From Elsinoe ampelina (lineage: Eukaryota), in assembly GCA_010093995.1 (NCBI GenBank), contig ML992509.1, forward strand, positions 41,588 through 105,587: a DNA stretch of 64,000 nt, read 5' to 3'. Below, piece after piece: positions 1-10,520 of this stretch. Numbering within the stretch: the first letter of the stretch is position 1; every line of letters starts with the position of its first letter. The translations under genes and the position numbers were made by a program. The notes under the pieces are model-generated. The model was not told the origin of the DNA and did not search any database. It saw only the letters and a list, made by a program, of their open reading frames with translations.

Positions 1-1099
1 ATACTAAGGAAGATAAATTTACTAGCTTTAACTAGTAGATTTTCTATACTACAATTAACTACTAAGTAGTTTAATCTATAGTATAGTCTAGCCCTTTTAT
101 AGATTTAAGTTTTATAACAAGATCTCTTTCTATATAGCTACTATTATTATTTATACTTCTAATTATTACCTCTAACAATAGTAAATTATCTATATTATTA
201 CTTCTAATAATAGATTTCTATTACTATTATTGCTATAAATAATAGAAGGTACTAGATATATATACTATCTCGTTCCTATTTATTCTTCTTTCTAAAACCT
301 CTCTTTCTTATTATTATAGCTTCTTATATATAACTCTATTCCGACCTAGAAGATCTAATTCTCTACTAGCCTTATACTATAACTCGTAGTAACTACGCTA
401 GGCTACTACACTTATATTAGTATAAAGCTTACATCTGCTATATAACTAAGTAATTTATTAATAGTAAGGAAAGATAGACTACTTATATCTATAATAACAA
501 TAGAGGCTCTAAACTTTACTATAAGGCCTATTGCTCTTATAATACTCCTTATAAATTTATTAGTATTCCTAATCTAATACTACTATATTCTCTAACAAGT
601 ATTAGTATAATAGCTCCTAGACTAATAATATTTTTAACCTTATTAACATGTAGTATATACTTAATTATTACTATCTTAATCTTATCTAGGATTAGATTAT
701 AATCTTTAATATACGCTATAGCGTTAAATGCTAGTAGAATAAGCTAGATAATTCTAAATCCTAAGGATCTTAATAGTTCTAATTCTTCTAGTAACTAGTT
801 TAGTAGTACAATATAAATAAAGCATTAGTAGGCTAATAGCTTTAGTAGGTTTTTTATAATATAGATATACTTTTAATTTTAAAAATTTTCTACTCTACTC
901 TAATATAGATATGCTTTTAATTTTAATTATATTACCTATTCCTTAGCCCCTATATAATATAAGTCTAGCCTATAGAAATTAATATATCTCTTGCTTTAAA
1001 GTTTCTATAGTATAGTATAGGATTTATTATTACATATTATAAATATATTAATAAACATTCTATAACAAGTTATCTATCTTTATTAAATAATATAATCTA

Positions 1100-2679
1100 T
1101 ACTAATTAATATATCTAGAGCTTCTAACTCTAAGTTAGTACTTAACTTATAACTTAGAGATACTATATATTTCTCTCTAGCTATTCTAGTAGAATTATAT
1201 AGCTTTATAATCTCTGCTTAAAATGTTAAATGTAATAGTAGAATATAACAATTATAACTCCTTAAATGCTTGCCTTTTTAACCTAGTAAGAGATCTAAGA
1301 ATTAACCTCTATAATAAGCCTAGAAAGACTAGTAGAGTTAAATAATTATAGTATCTATATATAGAGAAAGTATAAAAAATGTACTAAATTAGAATTCTAA
1401 AGTACGTTCTAGAGGTCTATAGGCAAATATTATAGAAGCTACTAAGATTTATAATAGAGAACTACGAGTTATTTATAATAGGTATAGTAATATACTTACT
1501 TATTCTACTTACTATTATACTAGTAATAAAGTAATAGAGAGACATCTTAAGTCCTAGAAATGTACTATAGTTATTAAGTACTACTACAAGTAAAGCTCTA
1601 TCTAAAAAGCTCTTAAGCAATTATAATAGTATATAAAGAGCATTTACTAAATTATCTCTCTATTCTCTACTAATATCTTCTACTATAAGCTTATTCGCGT
1701 AGTTACTAACTATAACTAGTCTTTCTATATAGTTAAGCGTTCTACCTTTAGCTAATTCCTTCGCTTCCTCCGACCTAATATTACTATACTTAGCTAGACT
1801 CTTTTTTAAGCAATACTAGTAGCACAATTCGAGAGGTTATAAAAATTACTACTCTCTAACCTCGGTAAGAATACTAAGCTTTTAATAGCGTTAGATAGAT
1901 AGTCTACTAATAACTACTTAGGGTTTATTATAATTAAAAGCTATTTTATTAATAACTAATAGTAATTATAAGAGTAGCTCCTAGAAATAACACCTCTTTA
2001 AGGTTGCTACACTAGTAAAGCTATAGTAAATAAGGTAATATAGGTACTAAAAGATGTATTAGTTAAGTAATAACTACTTATAGTTATAGTAGATAATGTA
2101 TTAAACAATAGAATACTCCGAGAGTCTTTCGAAAGAAGCCTAGGTATACTAGATATTAAGTAAAATATAAAGGAAAATACAATTCTATACCTAGTATATA
2201 TTATTAATCTTATTATATAGAACATTATTAAGTATCTAAAACTTAAGACAAGCAAAGAGATTAATATAGTAGAGAGGTTATAAAACTACTATATCTAGAA
2301 TATTATAATATTAGTCTCTATCCCGAATTTACTATAGAAGGTATATAACATTTATTATATTATTTTATTACGTTCTAATATTAGTAAGCTCTACGTAATA
2401 TATATTATAATTAATAGTTCCCTATAATAGTTTAAACAATTTATAGACCTCTAGAAGTATCTACTACCTAAGAAGAGGTACTAAGTTATATATAATATTA
2501 AGACATACTAGAATTCGATATATAATATATATAAGTAAGTATTAAAGCTTAAATCTTTTATTAAGAATTAGCTCGAGAATAAGACTATACTTTAAGTACT
2601 AAGGACTTCTTCTAAGGTATTAATATCTAAACTACTCTCTAACGTTAATAACTATAACCTTACTAAGTTATTACTTAAT
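1100..2679 (+). mobile_element. hAT-family DNA transposon, 5' part of transposase (RIP-inactivated; start approximate)
   Basis: De-RIP reading gives a BED-like finger (VIC-x2-C...ERHLKSQKC, ~1460-1563), ALDGWS (~1888), VTADNASNN (~2085), IPCLAHVINL (CxxH, ~2181) and HDVKTRWNSTY (~2490). Confidence 0.85.
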
Positions 2680-3144
2680 TGTTATAAACTAGTAGAATAA
2701 GCTAGAGCGTAGAGACGTTAGGACTAATTAAACTGCTAAGGTTATTACGTAACCTAGCCCGACGTTTACTTAGTTCTTTATCTTCTCTAGTAGCTCTACT
2801 CTAGAAACTATAGAGCACGTAGGATTACTAGTAGATATGTACTCTGTCTTCTCTAGCGGCTCTACTACGGAGTATATAGAGTATATAGAGTACATAGTAA
2901 AGAATATATATATATAGGAATAGTCCTTACCTTATGTAAGTACTATAGTTAACCTTGTCTAGATAGTAAACACTAGTATTACTAAGGCTAGCCTTTATAA
3001 TACTATCTAATTGTACTTTATTATCTATAAGATATACCTTCTTTAACTCTTACCTTAGTACTATACTACTATAGAAGTAGAACTACCTCGTTCTTAGCTT
3101 AGCTTAGACTACTAACGTAGGCTATATTTAGACAGTTTATAATA
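2680..3144 (+). repeat. Gypsy 5' LTR (465 bp)
   Basis: TGTTATAAAC...GTTTATAA(T)A terminal inverted repeat. Matches the copies at 9237, 49544-50008 and 61325-61789. Confidence 0.95.
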
Positions 3145-6100
3145 TTTTAACTACCCTTACTATAGTATAGCACGCTACGAGGTTAATAAGTAACTCTTAC
3201 TCTAAGTTACTATTAGCATCTTTAATCGCTAGCAAGCTAGAAAAGCTTACTATTAATGTTATGTCTACTACTAGTTTAACCTCGAGCAAATATAGAAGGT
3301 CTCTTAGTATAGGGGAAGAACGAAGTAAGCCTAAGTTAGAAGTAGAACTCTTCTACGGGGACTACGCCTACTTAAGGCGCTTTCTTATTTAACTTAAAGC
3401 CTTCTTTGCTCTAGAGAGAGATAAGTACGCTAACAACGTAGTAAAGGTCCTCTATGCTAGGATATACCTTAAAGGCGCTACCTTTAGGTAGTTTAAGCCT
3501 TATATAAGTAGCTACCTAGATAGACAACTAGGCCTAGATATAAAGGCTATCTTTAAGAGCTTTAGTATCTTCTAGGCAAAGATTAAGCAAGTCTTTAATA
3601 TATCTAATAAGAAACATATCGCCGCGACAAAGATCTAACAACTATAACAATATAGGTCTATAGCCTAGTACTATTCCTAGTTCTAATAACTCGTAATATA
3701 CCTAGACTAGGATAATAGTACTAAATATTTAGTATTCTACTAAGGACTAAGCGACTTAGTCAAAGACTAAATAATACTTAAGCTGCCTAATAGCCTCTAA
3801 GAACTAGTAGATACTACAATTACTATTAATAATTAACTTTATAAACGACATATAGAATGTTATAGAGGATATAAGATAAACACTAGATATACGCGTTCCT
3901 CCCGAAACTATAGAGACTCTATAGAACTTAACGCTATACGCGAAGGTTGCCCCTTATAGGTACAAGGCTAAAGTTGTAGAGGAAAGTTCCTTAGTAGAAA
4001 AGAGAGAGAGAAGTATAGATAAGACAATCTATATTTTAAGTATAAAAGACTTAGGCATTAGGCTAGGGACTACTAACAAGAGGCGCTAGCTAATAAATTA
4101 TATATAATAGTTACTAGGCTAGTAGAGAAAAAGGCTAACACTACTATAGAAGACCTAACGACCTTTAGCGTAGGTAAGGAAACATAGAAGAAGTCTACGA
4201 CGACTTAAGAGGTAATAGAATCCTCTCTAGATATTACGCTTAATATCTCTATAACTAATAGTAAATAATAAAGCTAACACGCGACGCTATTATAAATAGC
4301 ATATTATAATAACTCTTATTATATTTACTTATTAGACAAGTAGGGATCTAGTTAGTTTCTATATAAGCTATCTAAGCATAGGTAACTAATAAAATAGCTA
4401 GACTAGAAACCTAACCTAGAAGAGCTCTCTATAATTAGTAGTAACATTAACTAACCTTAGAAGGTAGTTAGTAACAATTACTAATATACAATTATCGAGA
4501 CGAAGTATTAGGACGTAAGTGCTATACAATAATATAGTAGCTTTACCTTTAGCTCTTATAGCGAACTATAAGGAAAGGTATATTATATATCGCTCTAGAA
4601 ATATATAAATCTAGATTATAAATAGTACTATACTATTTACTTATATAATGTACTTAGAGAAGAGGCTATTAGTCTTAAATACACTATAGACTTCTTAGTA
4701 ATCGAAATAGGTAGTACTATTCCCTATAGCTAAGTACGGGAATATACTTAGTATAGCCTTACTAACTATAACTATACTAGAGGCAATAGCGACGAAGAGA
4801 AATATAACGAAGAATATACTAAACAACTATAATATAATAACATAGATAACAATTTATCTAATAATAATAATAATATACTACTACTAGGCGGACGACTTAA
4901 AGTATACCTTATAGGGATATAGAGAAACTATATAATAATATACACCTATTACTAGAATAGAATATAATAAGACAAATCTACTTAACTTACTTTTGTCTTT
5001 AATGCTAATACCTAGCTATACCTAGAGGGAATAGTTATACTAATACGAGTGTATAACACTACTTAGTGTAACTAATAGAGAATTATTAGACTTTATAGTT
5101 ATTAAGGAACGTAAGCACTAGAAGTTTACCTTACTATATTAAGTAACGACAAAATATAACTTGTCTAATAGATATAGTACTAATAGTAGATACGCGTAGG
5201 AAGGGATTAGCTACTTATCTAAGGCGCTATAATAATAAAAAACTAGCTAGTTGTCGCCTAATAAGGTAAGATAATAACACTAGCTAAAGCCTTAATATAA
5301 TAAAGATCTATATATCGAATTACTTTATACTAGAAGTCTAGATATAGAGAAATAAGGTAAGAGCAATAATAGATTTAGAGGCTAACTATAGCTACGTCTC
5401 TATAACAGTTGCTAATTAGCTTAAACCTTATTAACATTAGAAGGAGTTACCTTACCTACTTACTATAGCAGATAGAACCCCTATAGGGAAGAATAGAAGA
5501 GTTACTTAGGAACTACGAAATGTTATAATTAGAATTAGAACATATATAGAAAAACGATTAATTAATATAGTTAACATATAGTACAATATAGTACTTAGTA
5601 TAGACTAGCTTTAATAACATAATCTAGACGTAGACTAGATTAAAGGAACACTTAAATTCCCTAAGTGTAATTATAGAACGTAGAGAGTATAATTAGCTCC
5701 GCGGATACTAACTATAAGAATAGTATAGATATAACTAATAGTTAGAGCTATTGCTAGCGTAAGTAATTAAGCACTTCCGCTAGAATATAAAGACTTTAAG
5801 GACTTATTTAAAGAAAGAGAAGGTATTATAGCCTTACTCTAACATAAACTATAGAATTATAAAATACCTTTCGAAGAGGGTAAATCCCTAATATACTATT
5901 AAGGTCTTATACTACTATCGAAATAAGAGAAGAATATCCTTAAGGACTATATCGATAAGCACTTACTTAAAGGATTTATATAACTATTAAAATTACCTAT
6001 TACGTACGGAGTGCTTTTTACACTAAAAAAGGATAGAATGTTATAAATATATATTAATTACTAGAAACTTAATACACTTACTAGGAAGAATTACTATCCC

Positions 6101-8613
6101 CTACTAAGAATCGACGAACTTTAAGACTAACTACTTAGAGCTAAATAGTTTACTACGATTAACATTAGGGACGCCTATTATTAAGTATAAATAAAGGAGA
6201 GCAAGGAGTAGAAAACGGCTTTTAGGACATAATAGAGTCTATACAAGTACCTTGTTATACCCTTTAGGTTAACTAACGCTCCTATAACCTTCTAAGAGTT
6301 AATTAATAATACTCTATAAGAATACCTCGATAACTTTATCTTAGTATATTTAGACAATATTATTATTTTCTTAAAGATATATAATAAACACATAGGATAT
6401 GTTTATAAAGTGCTATAGAAACTAAAAGAGAAAGACCTACTAGTAAAACTCTCTAAGTATAAGTTCTATAAGTATAAGATATAATTTCTAGACTATATTA
6501 TATCTACTAATAGTATCGGACCTAATCCGAGGAAGATTAAGTTAGTAAATAACTAGCCGGAACCTATAATAGTTAAGGAGGTTTAAGCGCTACTAGAGTT
6601 CTTTAACTACTACTATAAGTTTATTAAAGGATTCTCTAAGGTAGCTATACTAATCTCTAACCTTACGAAAAAGAAAACTAGCTTTGTCTTTAACGAGAGA
6701 TATAGGTAGGCCTTTAAGGAGCTAAAGCTTAGACTTATAATAGCACCTATCCTAGTACTCTTCGACCTAGACTAATAAGTACTACTAGAAACAAATACCT
6801 CGGACTTTGTAATAGAAGTATATCTAGCATAGAAGAACATAGAAGAATAACACTACTTAATTATATACTACTTATAAAAAATAACCGGACCTAAACTTAA
6901 CTATAACATATACAATAAGGAATTACTCGTAATTATAGAAGTGTTTCGTAAATAAAGAGTATACCTAGAAGGGACAACCTTACCTATATAAGTCTATACT
7001 AACTATAAGAACCTTCTATATTAGACAATAACTAAGGTTCTTAATAGACAACAGGTTCGATAGTTAGAAATACTTATAAGCTATAACTTCTAGATCTACT
7101 ATATTAAGGGATTAGAGAATAGCGAAGTAGACGCTCTTAGCCGCTAGCTAGATTACTTAAAAAATATAACAATAATAGAGGCCTCTATACTAAAGTAGCA
7201 GGATAGCGCTTTAGTCTATAAGTACCTAAAGGTAGAGTAGTTATATAGCCTTACCTAGGAGCTTACGTAAGAATAGAAAAAAGAAGTTATTTAAATATAC
7301 TATAATAACTTAACTACGGGACATAGTAGAATCGATAAGACTATTAAACTTATTATATAAAACTACCTCTCGAAAGGACTCTAAAACAATATTAAGATAT
7401 ATATCGCTATATACAATATATGCTATAAGTCTAAACACTCTTAATATAAACTATATAGCCTACTATAACCCTTACTACTACTAGACAAACTATAGTAATT
7501 AGTTACGATAGACTTTATAGAACCTCTACTACTATTAGAAGAACCTCTTATAGGTGTAAAGTATAATAGTATTCTAGTTCTAGTAGATAGATTTACAAAG
7601 TATTACTATTTTATACTATATAAGATAATAGTAACTACCGAGGATATAGCCTTTACCTTCCTCCGAATAATTGTTTTATAACATAGAGTACTACGAGACC
7701 TAATAACTAATAGAGATAAGCTATTTACATTATAATTCTAATAATTATTTATAGACCTACTAGGAGTTAAATATAAGCTATTAACCTTCTTTTACCTATA
7801 AACGGACGGACAAACTAAATAGGCAAATTAAGTACTAGAGTAGTACCTACGCTACTATCTAAACTATAAGTAAGACTTATAGATAACGCTATTACTGCTC
7901 GTAGAGCTCGCTATTAATAATAGAAAATTAGTAAATAGAGTTTTACTATTCTATATAAACTATAGAATATACCTAGATCTATACTATAACACACTCGGAA
8001 TTAAGCTAATATCTAAGGATATAAATAGACTAGTAGCTAACATTAAGAAGTTATATAACTAGCTATACTAAGATATAGCATTTATATTATAAAGAATAGT
8101 AGGGTTTACTAACTAGAAGAGAATTACGAGACTAATTCTATAGGAGAGAGAGAAGGTTTACCTCCTTAGTAAAAACATTAAAACGAAATAACTAAGTAAG
8201 AAACTTAACTACACTAAACTAAAACTCTTTAAGATTCTAGAAAAGAAAAACAAAAACGTATATAAACTAGAACTACCTAGACATATAAGGATCTACTTAG
8301 TCTTTTATATATTACTATTAGAGAAAGCACTATAGGACGTAGTACCTAGATCTATTAAACTAGATAAAGAAATATAGGAGCTATAATATAAGATTAAAAG
8401 AGTTTTACGTTATAAATTTATAAGGGAAAAACGTTACTATCTTATCTACTAGAAAGGAAATTAGTATAGTAAGGCAATATAGGAACTAGAGAAACACCTT
8501 ACCTCGTAAGCAATTCTAGATTACTAAACTAAAAACCTATCCTAAGTAAACTAACTAGGTAGGCTAGACACTACTAACACTAAACAAAAACGAGAATGCC
8601 TAAGGAAAACTAC

Positions 8614-9162
8614 TTAGCTAATAGAAGCACCCTAATCGTTGCTAAATAAGGAACCCTAATCGGAGCTAGGCATAAATAATTACTAATCCTATAGTAGGAC
8701 GGGATCCACTAACGATAGTATTTCCTCTTGCTCTAGAACTTAAATACAAGTTTCCTCTAGGGAAATCGCTTTTTCCGCCTTATTCTCTAGTTTCTATATT
8801 ACTTTATATAGGCAAAGCTTATTACCTATAGCTCTTTAATAAGCCTCTTTTACCTTTTTATAAGCTTCTTTAGCTTTCTTTCTAGTAGCCTTAGCTATAA
8901 CTAATTCCTTTCGTAAATGAATATACTTAGACTAGAGACACTACTATTCTAATTTTGTTACTTAAATATTATAACCTAAGTAGTTACTTACGATATACTA
9001 GCTATAGATACCTAACTAAATATAGACCTTATAGTCTAGCTCCTTCGATTTGCAACAAGAATAAGCCTATAGCATGTTAGTTCTAAATAGTTTAATAAAC
9101 TCTAAGAGATTCTTTTATATAGATGTACTAGATTTACTATACCTTTAACAACTAGGAGGCAT
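8614..9162 (-). pseudogene. RIP-inactivated antisense extra ORF of Gypsy copy 1: putative Zn2Cys6 cluster plus coiled coil (~182 codons)
   Basis: ATG at 9162. Codons 34/37/44/53/56/64 are TAT/TGC/TAT/TAT/TAT/TAT, giving C-x2-C-x6-C-x8-C-x2-C-x7-C spacing once TAT is read as RIP-mutated TGT. An E/K/A-rich helical tract follows. The frame is colinear with copy 2. Confidence 0.65.
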
Positions 9163-9236
9163 ATTTAGTATATAGCGCGTAAAGATAGAGAAGAATACTT
9201 ACTCGTTAAGATAACTTAATTAAAGAAGGAGAGTAA

Positions 9237-9545
9237 TATTATAAACTAGTAGGACAAGCTAGAGCGTAGAGATATTAGGACTAATTAAACTACTAAGGTT
9301 ATTATATAACCTAGCTCGACATTTACTTAGTTCTCTATCTTCTCTAGTAGCTCTACCCTAGAAACTATAGAGCATATAGGATTACTAGTAGACATGTACT
9401 CTGTCTTCTCTAGTAGCTCTACTATAGAGTATATAGAGTATATAAAGTATATAGTAAAGAATATATATATATAGGAATAGTCCTTACCTTATATAAGTAC
9501 TATAGTTAACCTTGTCTAGATAGTAAACACTAGTATTGCTAAGGC
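9237..9545 (+). repeat. Gypsy 3' LTR (partial, truncated by gap)
   Basis: Aligns to the LTR at 2680 with transition differences; preceded by the polypurine tract. Confidence 0.95.
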
Positions 9546-9920
9546 NNNNNNNNNNNNNNNNNNNNNNNNNNNNNNNNNNNNNNNNNNNNNNNNNNNNNNN
9601 NNNNNNNNNNNNNNNNNNNNNNNNNNNNNNNNNNNNNNNNNNNNNNNNNNNNNNNNNNNNNNNNNNNNNNNNNNNNNNNNNNNNNNNNNNNNNNNNNNNN
9701 NNNNNNNNNNNNNNNNNNNNNNNNNNNNNNNNNNNNNNNNNNNNNNNNNNNNNNNNNNNNNNNNNNNNNNNNNNNNNNNNNNNNNNNNNNNNNNNNNNNN
9801 NNNNNNNNNNNNNNNNNNNNNNNNNNNNNNNNNNNNNNNNNNNNNNNNNNNNNNNNNNNNNNNNNNNNNNNNNNNNNNNNNNNNNNNNNNNNNNNNNNNN
9901 NNNNNNNNNNNNNNNNNNNN
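9546..9920. other. Assembly gap (N run)
   Basis: Run of N. Confidence 1.
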
Positions 9921-10520
9921 ATACTCTATAACTATATAACAATTCTTAACCTCTCTAAGAAGCTTATAGTATATAATATAAGCGCCTATAGTCTTTCTAG
10001 TAAGTAGTAGCTAATAACACTTAGGACATAGAGACTTAAGAACCTTACTATAAAGATAACTATTATAAGGAGTTCTTATAGTACCTTCGTTAGTATAATA
10101 AGATAGACCTCTTAATTACTTTACTAGCCTCTACCCCTAAGCTATTATATTACTAGTAATAAGACTAGTTTAACTAACTAAAACAAAAGGAGTAAGGTTA
10201 TACTCTATTACTATAAAGTAATAGTCTATACTTCTTATTTATTCTCTCGAAGTATACTATAGTTAAAGAAGGTAAGAACTACCTTACGACACTACTAGTC
10301 TATATTTAGAAACTTAATATCTTATAGTAGTAGAAAGAGAAGAAGGAAGAATATCTATTACTATTACGTATAGTAAAAGATATTCTAGTAATTCTAATTA
10401 TAGGAGTTAGAGTCAAGTAAGTGTTTAATATTATAAAGGATATTATTAGTACGTAGAGGCATAAATTAGTAGCCTAAACCATTTAGTAGCTTATAATGTT
10501 AAAGTATAAGCTTAAAGTAG
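9921..10520 (+). mobile_element. hAT transposase 3' part with C-terminal dimerisation domain (continuation of the element split by Gypsy copy 1)
   Basis: De-RIP reading at ~10315-10503: IL(QWW)KEKKEEY(P)LL(S)R(MA)KDIL(A)I(P)I(A)GV(G)V(ER)VFN...R(H)KL...TI. Confidence 0.85.

Larger units (their letters stand above)
2680..9545 (+). mobile_element. Ty3/Gypsy chromovirus LTR retrotransposon, copy 1 (RIP-inactivated; 3' LTR runs into N gap)
   Basis: LTRs start at 2680 and 9237, with a polypurine tract AAAGAAGGAGAGTAA just before the 3' LTR. Domains in Gypsy order: gag CCHC remnant ~4030-4075, protease RA(M)ID(SG)AN ~5361, RT YLD(D) ~6346, RNase H LET(DA)SDF ~6785, integrase ~7300-8100, chromodomain YLI(HW)KG...A(TW)E ~8390-8500. 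Confidence 0.95.

Noticed and set aside
1..1100. RIPed sequence upstream of the hAT transposase, possibly cargo or another element
   Set aside because: No motif or terminal repeat could be recognised, so it is left unassigned.
2007..2255. 82-aa minus-strand ORF
   Set aside because: Chance antisense frame in RIPed hAT transposase; I/L/Y/S-rich AT artefact.
2870..2915. GTATATAGA tandem repeat and (TA)n run
   Set aside because: Internal part of the Gypsy LTR, present in all four LTR copies; not a CRISPR array or independent satellite.
9484..9942. ORFs spanning the N run
   Set aside because: Artefacts of the assembly gap.
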